Of a DNA stretch of 64,000 nt, positions 19,226 to 28,592 are shown piece by piece. A program made the translations under genes and the position numbers. The DNA is from a virus (Duplodnaviria > Caudoviricetes), in the IMG/VR virus record IMGVR_UViG_3300047539_000055, one strand, 5' to 3'. Every line of letters starts with the position of its first letter. Positions within the stretch are counted from its first letter, which is position 1. Below the pieces are notes generated by a model that did no database searches, was not told the origin of the DNA, and saw only the letters and a program-made list of their open reading frames with translations.

Positions 19226-19254
19226 TTGACATTCCAGATCAAAACTGATATACT
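19226..19254 (+). promoter_or_regulatory. Early sigma70-type promoter driving small-gene array, IHF-like box upstream
   Basis: TTGACA-17-TATACT; AATCAATAACTTA at 19205-19217. Confidence 0.75.
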
Positions 19255-19269
19255 CATTCTAGGTAAAAT

Positions 19270-19473
19270 ATGACCGATAAACAGTTTGTTAAAAACATTT
19301 ATCCTGACGCCAAGGCTCATACAGATTTTGGCGATAATGGTTACGTCGATTGGGCTATTTATAGTCATGCTAGAATCATATCAAAGTTTGTTCCGGAACC
19401 AACAGCAAAAATTGCGTGGAAAAATGCGGTAGCAAGAATTAACGAACAGATGATGGAAAAGTTGGAATCATGA
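19270..19473 (+). CDS. Small protein, family A, ends EKLES
   Basis: Paralog of next two; coupled stops/starts. Confidence 0.75.
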   Translation: MTDKQFVKNIYPDAKAHTDFGDNGYVDWAIYSHARIISKFVPEPTAKIAWKNAVARINEQMMEKLES

Positions 19474-19664
19474 CCGACAAAGAATTTGTTTTACGAGTTT
19501 ATCCAGAGGCTATGGCTAAAAAAGATTTCTTTACCCATGATTGGGGTATTTGGAATAATGGTTCTTTATTGTCAAAATATGCACCCGAACTAACAGAAGA
19601 TATTGCTTGGGAAAATGCGAAAAAAAGAATTAACAAAGAAATGATGAGAAAGTTGGAATCCTAA
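19470..19664 (+). CDS. Small protein, family A, ends RKLES
   Basis: MTDKEFVLRVYPEA...AW.NA..RIN. Confidence 0.75.
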   Translation: MTDKEFVLRVYPEAMAKKDFFTHDWGIWNNGSLLSKYAPELTEDIAWENAKKRINKEMMRKLES

Positions 19665-19861
19665 TGACTGCCAAAGAATTTGTTCTACGAATTTATCCAG
19701 ATGCTAAAGCCAGAAATGATAGTAATCATAATAATTGGGGTGTTTGGGACTATGACAATATCTTACTATCAAAATATGCTGTTGAAGTAACAGAAGAAAT
19801 CGCGTGGCAACACGTAGTTGATAATATCAACAACAAGATAATGAGAAAGTTGGAATCGTAA
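19664..19861 (+). CDS. Small protein, family A, ends RKLES
   Basis: MTAKEFVLRIYPDA. Confidence 0.75.
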   Translation: MTAKEFVLRIYPDAKARNDSNHNNWGVWDYDNILLSKYAVEVTEEIAWQHVVDNINNKIMRKLES

Positions 19862-20175
19862 TGAAGTGGATGCCTTTTGTAAGTCTTGTATTTTCTTTCT
19901 TTTCATTGGGAATGGCATTTTATCTTGGTAAGAAAGCAATTGTGATGCGTAGTGAACAGGTGCTTCCCATTTATGTTGGTGTTCAACTATTTATGTCATG
20001 GGTGAATGGTGTGATATTTTTTAATGATATGAAATTGTATCACCCGATTGAATTAGTCTATGTCATTGGTTTTCCTATTGCCGCCGTATATGGATATTTT
20101 CGCGTCAAGCGTAAGATTCTTGGTGATCAATTTTTAGCAAAGTTGGAGACAGAATATGATGATCCTATTTTGTAG
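19861..20175 (+). CDS. Small membrane protein, FLAKLETE near C-terminus
   Basis: About 3 hydrophobic segments. Confidence 0.65.
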   Translation: MKWMPFVSLVFSFFSLGMAFYLGKKAIVMRSEQVLPIYVGVQLFMSWVNGVIFFNDMKLYHPIELVYVIGFPIAAVYGYFRVKRKILGDQFLAKLETEYDDPIL

Positions 20176-20443
20176 TTCTCTTTTATTTTGGATTCTATGT
20201 GCGATAATGTCGTTCATGTTAGAAAGAGGTTTTGATTTGATTAATTTTCCGTTTAGTAAGCAACCAATGGAAAATCTATTTATAATGTTTATTTTCTTTG
20301 TTGGGCCGTTTGCTCTTATATCATCTATTTCTTGTGGTATAAATCGTAAAAATCTCAAAAAGGCTTTTTTAGCAAATTGGAAGCGATGGAGACACGATCA
20401 TCCAACTAAAGCTGAATGGGTGCTGAGAAAGTTTGAGTCATAA
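20156..20443 (+). CDS. Small membrane protein, ends DHPTKAEWVLRKFES
   Basis: 2 hydrophobic segments; tail shared with next gene. Confidence 0.7.
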   Translation: MMILFCSSLLFWILCAIMSFMLERGFDLINFPFSKQPMENLFIMFIFFVGPFALISSISCGINRKNLKKAFLANWKRWRHDHPTKAEWVLRKFES

Positions 20444-20444
20444 T

Positions 20445-20732
20445 ATGCTTATTGGTATCATAATTTGGAGTCTGTGTAGTATATTAGTGCTGAATCTTAT
20501 GCTTGGTGAGACAGTAGTCAGAGATGATAGTTATTTTGGCTCACTAGAGACTTTACTGATTACGACGGGGATGATGACTTTATTAGGACCACTCGGAATA
20601 ATAGTCATTTTTGTTTGTTGTTTTATTACTCATGATTGGAATTTTCATAATGGGATATATCTATTTTGGAAGAAATGGAAATATGATCATCCAACTAAAG
20701 CCGAATGGGTATTGAGAAAGTTTGAATCATGA
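20445..20732 (+). CDS. Small membrane protein, ends DHPTKAEWVLRKFES
   Basis: Paralog of previous gene. Confidence 0.7.
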   Translation: MLIGIIIWSLCSILVLNLMLGETVVRDDSYFGSLETLLITTGMMTLLGPLGIIVIFVCCFITHDWNFHNGIYLFWKKWKYDHPTKAEWVLRKFES

Positions 20733-21031
20733 ATCTAATATATTTTGTGAATATTTCCTGTTTGCTAGTGAGTGGTGGTTGGGCAATAACGAAAGTAAAA
20801 CAGGCTTTCAAAAAACTAGATTTAGAGGAATTGTGGGCAGATTCTTTTCTGTTTCTCGGCCCCATAATGTTTTTGGACGGTATAGTATGGAAATTGGCGC
20901 ATTATTCATATTCATATTATGAAGGCGTAATAATTGGAATAATACTTATGCTTTTTGTTATGCAAATAATTGCTGGAAGACTTAAGAAAAAGAGATATCA
21001 ATATGCATTTTTGGAAAAGTTGGAATCTTGA
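20729..21031 (+). CDS. Small membrane protein, ends FLEKLES
   Basis: Hydrophobic segments; ATGA coupling. Confidence 0.7.
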   Translation: MNLIYFVNISCLLVSGGWAITKVKQAFKKLDLEELWADSFLFLGPIMFLDGIVWKLAHYSYSYYEGVIIGIILMLFVMQIIAGRLKKKRYQYAFLEKLES

Positions 21032-21080
21032 GTAGTAGATGAAAATTGGTGGGAAAACAGGTTTTGAAAAGGAGCAACAA

Positions 21081-21482
21081 ATGACGTATGATTTTGGATT
21101 TAACGATGACCTTGATGATGAAGAAGTAGTGGCCGATAACCATTTCCTGATCATGTGGGATGAACTTGGGTTGGATGGCATGGTTTCCGTTGACTATTGT
21201 AAACTGGGCGACGGCGGCGATATGCTTGCCAAATTGGAAGGTGTTCAAAATACTTACGCTCAAGAAATCGGCAGAACTTTGTGTATGTTCAAACTTAGAG
21301 CGCAAGCCAACTCTCAGCGTCATTATGAAATTTATTCTCTGACCACAACTGGTGATATTACAGAGAAATTCATCAAGGATATGTTTGAAAGCAATCCTCA
21401 GAATATCGTTGACCTCATTCGTGAGAAGGGTGTACAGGTGTATTCAAATCGTGTTTCAAAGAAAAGACCAAGGATTGTGTAA
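21081..21482 (+). CDS. Conserved phage hypothetical protein (MWDELGL...LRAQANSQRHYEIY)
   Basis: AAGGAG SD before ATG 21081. Confidence 0.65.
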   Translation: MTYDFGFNDDLDDEEVVADNHFLIMWDELGLDGMVSVDYCKLGDGGDMLAKLEGVQNTYAQEIGRTLCMFKLRAQANSQRHYEIYSLTTTGDITEKFIKDMFESNPQNIVDLIREKGVQVYSNRVSKKRPRIV

Positions 21483-21724
21483 TGATAGTTCGTGACAAAT
21501 ACGGTGTGAAATTGGCTGAGAAGGATTGGATAAGGCATTGTTGGTGGGATATTGTCACTGATAAATTTTTCTATGAGGTTGTACAAATCAGAGAATTGAC
21601 TCATTATGGTAATGTATTACCCGATTCAGGAGTAAGATTATTCAGTTCAAATGATTGTGAAAGACTTCCGAAAAATGAAAAAAAGAGAGAACAATTTTTA
21701 TTCCTGAGAAAGCTTGAACAATGA
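21482..21724 (+). CDS. Small protein, family C (DKxG..L..xDW), ends RKLEQ
   Basis: Paralog of next three. Confidence 0.75.
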   Translation: MIVRDKYGVKLAEKDWIRHCWWDIVTDKFFYEVVQIRELTHYGNVLPDSGVRLFSSNDCERLPKNEKKREQFLFLRKLEQ

Positions 21725-21981
21725 CAGATAAATTCGGAACGCCATTAAAAGTCGGAGATTGGATACATTATCACTTTTGGAATGCTGTTAATGATGGAGG
21801 TTTTTATGCTTCAAAAATAACAAGGATATGGCCTACCTTTATGCATGAAAACTGTGAGATGGCGTTCTTTATTGATAATGAAGGATATGAAGTACTGCGT
21901 TATGATTACTCTTTAGAAAAACTTCCAAGTAACAAGAAAGAACGAGAGCAACTTATATTTCTCAGAAAGCTTGAACAATGA
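21721..21981 (+). CDS. Small protein, family C, ends RKLEQ
   Basis: DKFGTPLKVGDWI...LPSNKKEREQ. Confidence 0.75.
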   Translation: MTDKFGTPLKVGDWIHYHFWNAVNDGGFYASKITRIWPTFMHENCEMAFFIDNEGYEVLRYDYSLEKLPSNKKEREQLIFLRKLEQ

Positions 21982-22229
21982 TAGATATGAACGGTAAACG
22001 AGTACGAGTTGGAAGTTGGTTATTGTATCCATATTGGGATAGTAATAGTGGCCGTTACCGTGGCCGTTGTGTTGGCCAGATTACAAGCTTTTTTACAGGT
22101 GGTGCTGGATTGTCATATGCAGAAATTCGAGACAGTGCAAATCTGAGTTTTCTTGAAAATTCAGAAAGATTGCCATATCAGAAAAAGAAACGCGACGAAA
22201 TTTTGTTTCTGAAGAAGTTGGAAAGCTAA
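21978..22229 (+). CDS. Small protein, family C, ends KKLES
   Basis: DMNGKRVRVGSW. Confidence 0.75.
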   Translation: MIDMNGKRVRVGSWLLYPYWDSNSGRYRGRCVGQITSFFTGGAGLSYAEIRDSANLSFLENSERLPYQKKKRDEILFLKKLES

Positions 22230-22516
22230 TGCGATTGAAACGAAGCGACAAAAATGGAAAGAGATTGAAAATTGGCGATTGGGTATATTATCCAAAGCTA
22301 AGGCTGTTTACAAATGATTTTGTATATGATTTTTTCGTTGGACAAATTACATCTTTTGGCGAGAATTTGGGTGGATGTTATGTCATACTAACTAATGATC
22401 CCGGAAGATACATTAATTATGTTGAAAAACTCCCGAAAAATGAAAAGAAACGAGAACAGATTGTACTTTTGAAAAAGTTTGAAGGTTGCCACACCATTAT
22501 TCAGCAACCCAAATAG
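22229..22516 (+). CDS. Small protein, family C, KKFEG near end
   Basis: DKNGKRLKIGDWV...LPKNEKKREQ. Confidence 0.7.
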   Translation: MRLKRSDKNGKRLKIGDWVYYPKLRLFTNDFVYDFFVGQITSFGENLGGCYVILTNDPGRYINYVEKLPKNEKKREQIVLLKKFEGCHTIIQQPK

Positions 22517-23024
22517 TATCAACCACTCTATAATTCACGACACATTCTTGAACAGCATGAACAACCCCTGACCACCATGGATGAAAATCGTGTCCACAAA
22601 GAATTCCATTCTCTTTCAATAATGGCTTCCACGCTAGAATATCAGCTTTTACATTTTCATAATCATGGGCAGCATCCAGAAAAATCAGGTCAAATTTTTG
22701 ATCAGCAAAATATTTGGCCGCTTCTAACGATGGCATCCGACAAGGTTCTACATTAGTATACAAAGCCATGTTTGATTTGAAGGCATCAAAGATATAGTCT
22801 TCTGACTTACCTTTCAATATTTCGGCATGTTCAACCGATCCTTTCCAGGTGTCAATAGCATGAACGATTCCTAAAGTGTTGGCGGCTATGGCTGAAGTGC
22901 TGCGGCCCATCCATGATCCAATTTCTGCGATGTTTTGGCAATTGCTACCTAAATCTCCCAATAATAGCAATTCTGTATCTGACATCCACCCTTCGGTAGC
23001 CAGCGCTGATGTAATATCTATCAT
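22497..23024 (-). CDS. Class I SAM-dependent methyltransferase (Methyltransf_24-like)
   Basis: AEIGSWMGRST, DLIFLDAAHDY, GILCGHDF; ATGA-coupled to upstream GT. Confidence 0.85.
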   Translation of the reverse strand: MIDITSALATEGWMSDTELLLLGDLGSNCQNIAEIGSWMGRSTSAIAANTLGIVHAIDTWKGSVEHAEILKGKSEDYIFDAFKSNMALYTNVEPCRMPSLEAAKYFADQKFDLIFLDAAHDYENVKADILAWKPLLKENGILCGHDFHPWWSGVVHAVQECVVNYRVVDTIWVAE

Positions 23025-23800
23025 GCTAATCTCCTTTTCAATTCTGGTAAAAATTTTTGAATAGATAAGTCTTCCACACCACAATTTAACGCATTGAATA
23101 CACTCCAATCAAATTTATCATCTTCCTTGGGAATATCGGCTCGTCCTCTATTACGTTTTTCAATATACTCATTTTTGCTCTTAGTTAAATAGTGATTTAT
23201 ACGAAATATATTTGATGAGGGATCAGAAGTTGCGCTGGTAATGAAAACGCCATTTTCATTGACCGTGCTTGATGTTGTTTGAAAAAAATGTGGATCGCCA
23301 CCAACTATTACTGGTTGATCTAATCGAATGATACTTTTGATATGTTTATCGCCATAAAATTCTAATGGATGATAAGTAAAACGTTCAATAACTGACCTTG
23401 AATCGTATTCTTCTAATCCAGAACTACCAAAGCATTTCCAATTGATTCCAATTGCTCCTGGTTGATCAATAAAATTTAACATATCTGGGAGTGGCATATT
23501 TGTGGGGCCGAAACAAAATTCATCAACATCAAAAAAACCGGTCCAAATTGGTTTTTGATTATTTTGATTAATAAAATGTTGGTATGCTTGTAATTGACAT
23601 GGTGGATCGCGATCCCACTCTGTAAGATCAACTATTCCTTGATCAATAAATGGTTGTAAAACTTCCAAATAATTATCGGTTGAATTGTTATTATAGAGGA
23701 AAAATTTAGAAAAACCTACGATTTGATGGAAAATTATCCACTCAGAAATATATTTTGCTTCGTTTTTGAAAATGGCACATATAACTAGCGGAACTGTCAT
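23021..23800 (-). CDS. Glycosyltransferase (GT92/GT2-like)
   Basis: CAIFKNEA.YI.EWI.FH, YNNNSTD, DVDEF, INHYLTKS. Confidence 0.85.
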   Translation of the reverse strand: MTVPLVICAIFKNEAKYISEWIIFHQIVGFSKFFLYNNNSTDNYLEVLQPFIDQGIVDLTEWDRDPPCQLQAYQHFINQNNQKPIWTGFFDVDEFCFGPTNMPLPDMLNFIDQPGAIGINWKCFGSSGLEEYDSRSVIERFTYHPLEFYGDKHIKSIIRLDQPVIVGGDPHFFQTTSSTVNENGVFITSATSDPSSNIFRINHYLTKSKNEYIEKRNRGRADIPKEDDKFDWSVFNALNCGVEDLSIQKFLPELKRRLA

Positions 23801-23839
23801 AGAATCTCCTGCTTTATTTATAAATCGTCAAAATACTAT

Positions 23840-23891
23840 TTGCTTTTCCTATTCCTATGTGATACACTAAAAGTGTATTGAAGGAAACCAA
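23840..23891 (+). promoter_or_regulatory. Sigma70-type promoter with palindrome (copy 2)
   Basis: TTGCTT..GATACACT-aaa-AGTGTATTGAAGGAAAC; near-identical to 12015-12065. Confidence 0.65.
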
Positions 23892-24101
23892 ATGCATATA
23901 ATGAAACCAATTTGGTTAGCTACCGTAGATAAGATTCCTAGCTTATCAATAGTGGGTCATGAAATTTGTGATCCAAAACCACTTACTAGCGAAGAAGTTT
24001 GTGATATGTGGGAATGTCTCAAAAAGAGATGTGAAGTGTTAGAAGCAGAGAATAAAGACTTAAAGATATTAGGAGAAGTATGGCACATGCCCAGCAATTA
24101 A
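23892..24101 (+). CDS. Hypothetical protein
   Basis: GAAGGA SD. Confidence 0.55.
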   Translation: MHIMKPIWLATVDKIPSLSIVGHEICDPKPLTSEEVCDMWECLKKRCEVLEAENKDLKILGEVWHMPSN

Positions 24102-24616
24102 ATTTTATCGGTTCTGTTAACTCAAAATTTCCCAATCATTTTACCAAACAAAAAGTTCTTGAGATTGGTTCTTATAATGTCAATGGCTCTGTTCGTTCAT
24201 TTTTCAAGGATTGTGATTATCTTGGTATTGATGTTGCAGAAGGTAAAGAAGTTGATCTTGTTTGTAAGGGAGAAGAATTTAATGCGGAAGGTGGTTCATT
24301 TGATGTAGTTATTTCTTGTGAATGCCTTGAACATAATCCAGAATGGATTGACACCTTTGCCAATATGATTCGTTTGACGCGGCCCGGTGGATTGGTGATT
24401 ATGACATGCGCTACTGTTGGTAGAGCAGAGCATGGAACTACAAGAACTACTCCTTTGGATTCTCCTCTAACAATTAGTCTGGGATGGGATTATTATCGTA
24501 ATCTTGTGGTGGATGATTTTACGTCAAATTTTGATCTGGATGCCAATTTTGAAGAGTATGAATTTGTGCTAGAAATCATGAATCATGATCTGTATTTCTG
24601 GGGTATAAAGCAATAA
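24080..24616 (+). CDS. Class I SAM-dependent methyltransferase (type 11-like)
   Basis: VLEIGS, YLGIDV..G..VD, FDVVISCECLEH, RPGG. Confidence 0.85.
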   Translation: MAHAQQLNFIGSVNSKFPNHFTKQKVLEIGSYNVNGSVRSFFKDCDYLGIDVAEGKEVDLVCKGEEFNAEGGSFDVVISCECLEHNPEWIDTFANMIRLTRPGGLVIMTCATVGRAEHGTTRTTPLDSPLTISLGWDYYRNLVVDDFTSNFDLDANFEEYEFVLEIMNHDLYFWGIKQ

Positions 24617-24633
24617 AGAAAAGCTAAGCTAAA

Positions 24634-24664
24634 AGAAAAGGCCCACAAATTGTGGGCCTTTCTT
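24634..24664. terminator. Bidirectional intrinsic terminator
   Basis: AAAGGCCCACA-aat-TGTGGGCCTTT between convergent genes. Confidence 0.8.
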
Positions 24665-24680
24665 GTTGTGTTTGTAAAAC

Positions 24681-25169
24681 TTAGAATGTTACGCCTACTG
24701 GGAAACCGTTTGACTGACCGCCCAATGGACCAGGTTGTGGTGCGCCTACGGTGATAGCCGCTACTGTTACGCCAGCCACATTTACATTTGACCACGGAGC
24801 GGAAGCCGAACCGTTGCCAGTTGCAATTGTTCCAAGAGCCTGAATTGCGGTCTGGAGAGCAGTTGCGTTAGCTGCGTTAACACCTGTGGTAAGCAAACGA
24901 ACACCAATATTTGCATTGCCGCCGTTTTGACTAAGCAAAACGCAGTTGGCAGTAAGTGAGCCAAGAACTTCAATTGATGCGACCTGTTCAATGGTTTGAA
25001 TAACTACTGGCCATGCACCGTTTGGTCCCACGTTCCATGCACTGGTAATGTTTGCTGTTGCTGGAATAGTTCCGTTGCCAAAATTGATTTCAACGTAGTC
25101 AACGTTCTTACCGAATACTGAAATAGCGTTGCCATCAATTGCTGGATTTACTTTGTAAAGCTGTGCCAT
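24681..25169 (-). CDS. Probable virion structural protein
   Basis: Late promoter (ATAAATA ~25224) plus TAGGAG SD; A/N/G/V-rich. Confidence 0.6.
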   Translation of the reverse strand: MAQLYKVNPAIDGNAISVFGKNVDYVEINFGNGTIPATANITSAWNVGPNGAWPVVIQTIEQVASIEVLGSLTANCVLLSQNGGNANIGVRLLTTGVNAANATALQTAIQALGTIATGNGSASAPWSNVNVAGVTVAAITVGAPQPGPLGGQSNGFPVGVTF

Positions 25170-25277
25170 AATATTACTCCTAAAACTGAATTTCGAGCTA
25201 TTACACTCGTTATGAATCTATTTATCCTTGAAAGAAAAAAATCTCCGTTATTAGCGAAAAAATAACTAAATAAGGCT

Positions 25278-25700
25278 ATGATTGAGATTTGTACCCTTAT
25301 AGACATTACTCAAACGAAGATTTATCGAAATATTAGGCCACAAGGTTCGACATTATCTCAGGAAGTCTGGGAATTTAAGAGAAATCAAGAACGCAATTGG
25401 AATACTATTATTCAACTGTTAGGTCTAAGATTTCAGCCCGAAGAAATTATTGCACCTGTGCGTTTGGAACACCAACGTCCAGCCGCTTATGGTTTTGGTT
25501 GGTTATATGGCCCGTTGAATGACATAACAGTTTGGAAGTGTAAATGTAGATTTGAACGACCCATAGATTTGTGGTTATTTCGTGCAGATTTTGATTATAT
25601 TCCTGTAGTTACTGGTCTTAATGAATCCATTATTTTTCCAAAATCCTGTTTGGTTTCAATGGGAGAGCATCTAAACATAGTTTTCAAAGAAGTGGACTAA
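25278..25700 (+). CDS. Conserved phage late protein
   Basis: TAAATA-N5-ATG; TLIDIT...RNWNT..Q..GLR.QP. Confidence 0.65.
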   Translation: MIEICTLIDITQTKIYRNIRPQGSTLSQEVWEFKRNQERNWNTIIQLLGLRFQPEEIIAPVRLEHQRPAAYGFGWLYGPLNDITVWKCKCRFERPIDLWLFRADFDYIPVVTGLNESIIFPKSCLVSMGEHLNIVFKEVD

Positions 25701-25745
25701 TTTTTGGTTTTTCCATAAATATAATAGATGCAATAAGGAAAAGAT

Positions 25746-26702
25746 ATGTTTCTTGAAGAATTTGAACATCCCGTTACCACAGTAACAATTCATAATCTTT
25801 TGCGTGAGCATTTTGATTATGAATTGCCAGTTGGAAATTTGACTGTGGAAAAGGCTCAAATTGTCTTAGAAGAAATTTGTATTCGGATTGACAATTTTCG
25901 TAAAAGCAATGATTATTATCTTGGTGAACGTAACGCACGATATTTAAGTATGTTAGCTACAGCAAACTTTTTGACAGAATTTTTGAAAGATAAAGCGGTT
26001 TTGGTTGAAGCCCTGCCAACCAATTCATCTGCATATCATGCTGGTATGGGTAAGGGAATTGCACATGGAGTAGATACTGCTGGATCATTTGTTCCTCATG
26101 TTGCTGGATCGGCCATTGGTGCATTTATGGGTGGTTTGAAAGGACAGGCATTACAATCTGATGCTGGTAGGGTAAAAATTGCCAATGTTGATTTAGAAAA
26201 TGATATGAAAGGATTGAACCCAAAAAATCCAGCACAGGTAAAAGATTTTTTTCAAAAGCAACTCAAAAAACATTTTAGTGAATATGATACTGTTCAACAG
26301 GGTAATATTTTGACTTATATGACTGGGATATATCAGGCTGGTGTAGACAATAAAAATACCTCAGAAAATGATATTGCCGCTGGTTTAAAGACAATTCCAG
26401 GTAATCCGTTTGAAAAAGATATTGACCCTACCAAGCGTAAAGTATTGGTTGATTATTTTTTTAGTATATATAATAAGGCCAAAGGATCAGCAAAAGATTC
26501 TGCGAACCCCCAAGCGAAACCAGAAGATAAAAAAACGCCCCCGACACAAGAAATGCATGATGTGTTATCTGCATTAGAAAATTTAAAATATTCTAAGAAA
26601 GACGCACAAGAGTTAATTTTACAAGTAGTTAATAAAGATCATAAATTAGCAACTGATTTTGATGGGCTTTTTAGGGCCGTTCAAGCGGTAAATAGGAAGT
26701 AA
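25746..26702 (+). CDS. Late protein (possible head core), C-terminal RuvA-C-like helix bundle
   Basis: ATAAATA plus AAGGA; DVLSALENLKYSKKDA. Confidence 0.55.
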   Translation: MFLEEFEHPVTTVTIHNLLREHFDYELPVGNLTVEKAQIVLEEICIRIDNFRKSNDYYLGERNARYLSMLATANFLTEFLKDKAVLVEALPTNSSAYHAGMGKGIAHGVDTAGSFVPHVAGSAIGAFMGGLKGQALQSDAGRVKIANVDLENDMKGLNPKNPAQVKDFFQKQLKKHFSEYDTVQQGNILTYMTGIYQAGVDNKNTSENDIAAGLKTIPGNPFEKDIDPTKRKVLVDYFFSIYNKAKGSAKDSANPQAKPEDKKTPPTQEMHDVLSALENLKYSKKDAQELILQVVNKDHKLATDFDGLFRAVQAVNRK

Positions 26703-26729
26703 CTAAGCTAAATAGATACAAGGTGGAAT

Positions 26730-27914
26730 ATGACTATGAAAAAGAGACTAATTGAACATCCCGTAAAGACATATGCTCGTCAGATGCTTCGCGAGGGTGA
26801 AATTGAAAATGCTGAAGCAGCATTGGCAGCAAAGGATCAAGTTGATCGTTTGCAGGATATGGTTGAAGAACTCGGCAAGATGAACAATGATGAATTGCCA
26901 AAGCTTGTTGACAAGATTCGTGCCAGTTTTGGCTCCGAACAATCAACTGCATATCAACAGGCGGCAAGCGCCGTTCTATCTGAGTTATTGTCCACAGTGA
27001 CAGCAAGTAAAACAACCCTTGAACAAGCTGTGTTAGTGCTTACTGGCGATGCACAGGCGGTTCCAGGCGATAAAACTCAACTTGCGTTGCCTGATGGTAG
27101 CGAAGGTGGCGATGATCTTTCTGGTGAATTTGGATCAGAAGGTGGCCCAGAAGCAAACGCTGCGCCTCCAGCACCCCTTGGTAGAGCGCCACGTCTTCCA
27201 GCCGAAGAATCTCGCAAATTCAATAAGAAGCTAAATGATGCCAAAATCATTGCTTTGAAGGAAGCATTGGACAATACAGATGCCAAAAAGTATCCACTTC
27301 GTGCGCGTAGATTGGCTGAAGAATTGAATCTTGTTGCTACCAAAGCCATCAAGGAAGAAGCAAAGGCAATCAATGTCAAGAAGAATAGCAAGGAATTCTT
27401 GAAGAAAGTAGCACCTAAAAAAAAAGTAAATGAAAATTATACTGAGCGTCTTCGTAAAGTTTATAGTGGTTTTAAAGAATGGGAACAATATGACGATGTG
27501 TATAAGTTAGCTGAACGCTTAGGCTTTGACAGTGCAGAAGAAGCTTGGGACAGGAATCCACTTGTTACTGGATCAAGTGATCCTCGCGATTTTAAAGTCG
27601 TTCCAGAACACAAAATGAAGTATGGCAGCGCTCAGCAATTGAAGGGTCATATTGCCAGAAGAAAGGAAAAGGAAGCTAGTCTTCCATTACAAGATAAACA
27701 GAAGATTACAAAGCCAGCTAGTAAAGGAGATTGGAATGCTCCTAAACGTGAGCAAGATCGTAAGGCGGCACTTAAAGTTGGCGATCCATCCAAATCAAAA
27801 TCAGGAATTGTAAAGAAAGAATTCAAGAAAGCTGGCGTTCCTGTTGGGAAAGATGCGGGTGTAAAGAAATCTAAACCAGAAGATTTGAAGGGTCTACCAT
27901 TTAAGAAGAAATAA
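26730..27914 (+). CDS. Probable prohead core/scaffold-like protein
   Basis: Late promoter; coiled-coil AAKDQVDRLQDMVEE; charged tail; (L/I/V)xE sites. Confidence 0.55.
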   Translation: MTMKKRLIEHPVKTYARQMLREGEIENAEAALAAKDQVDRLQDMVEELGKMNNDELPKLVDKIRASFGSEQSTAYQQAASAVLSELLSTVTASKTTLEQAVLVLTGDAQAVPGDKTQLALPDGSEGGDDLSGEFGSEGGPEANAAPPAPLGRAPRLPAEESRKFNKKLNDAKIIALKEALDNTDAKKYPLRARRLAEELNLVATKAIKEEAKAINVKKNSKEFLKKVAPKKKVNENYTERLRKVYSGFKEWEQYDDVYKLAERLGFDSAEEAWDRNPLVTGSSDPRDFKVVPEHKMKYGSAQQLKGHIARRKEKEASLPLQDKQKITKPASKGDWNAPKREQDRKAALKVGDPSKSKSGIVKKEFKKAGVPVGKDAGVKKSKPEDLKGLPFKKK

Positions 27915-27915
27915 A

Positions 27916-28098
27916 ATGACAGAACAAAACGCAAAGATAAAGTCAAAGGTTGAAGATAAAACTCTGTTGCTATTATGTGATCTTCAACCTGTTATTGGAC
28001 GCTTAGATAACGAAACTATGAAACGCATTCAGGGTATGATTTATACTGCGTTTTCTTGTTTAGCTGACGAAATTAGAAATATTGAAGGTCATAGATAA
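27916..28098 (+). CDS. Hypothetical protein
   Basis: Operonic ORF. Confidence 0.5.
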   Translation: MTEQNAKIKSKVEDKTLLLLCDLQPVIGRLDNETMKRIQGMIYTAFSCLADEIRNIEGHR

Positions 28099-28583
28099 TG
28101 CCAAATCCTCTAATCAAAAATTCATTTTTGGCCATTGTTACTCTTTGCAAACACAAGGCAGAAGAAAAGAACCTAAATCCTGTAATCAGTGTTTCTAAAA
28201 TAACAGATATGCTGCGTGCAAGTGGATTGCGTATTACATATCAGCAAATTGTAGACCTGACAAAAGACCCGACGATTGCGCCTTCTATTAAATCAATCAA
28301 TCAAAATCAAATTGAATTTAATTTGGGAGATGAGGAAGCGTCGGCACCAGTAGATTTAGATTTTGATCAAGGACAGGAAGCACCACCAGAGAATGGTGAA
28401 GAGCATGGAGAGGGAAATGGCGAAGAATACAATCCAGACGATTTCTCTTTCCCCGAAGGTGAAGGTCAAGAAGGTCAAGCGCCACAAGAAAATCCTAATG
28501 ATGAAATGGCGAACCAAGGGCAAGGGCCGCAACCGAGTGTTATCTCTGCGATGGCGAAAAGGGCGATGAATCGTCCAGATTAA
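28098..28583 (+). CDS. Hypothetical protein with acidic linker, ends MAKRAMNR
   Basis: TAATG coupling. Confidence 0.6.
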   Translation: MPNPLIKNSFLAIVTLCKHKAEEKNLNPVISVSKITDMLRASGLRITYQQIVDLTKDPTIAPSIKSINQNQIEFNLGDEEASAPVDLDFDQGQEAPPENGEEHGEGNGEEYNPDDFSFPEGEGQEGQAPQENPNDEMANQGQGPQPSVISAMAKRAMNRPD

Positions 28584-28592
28584 TGGTGAGAA

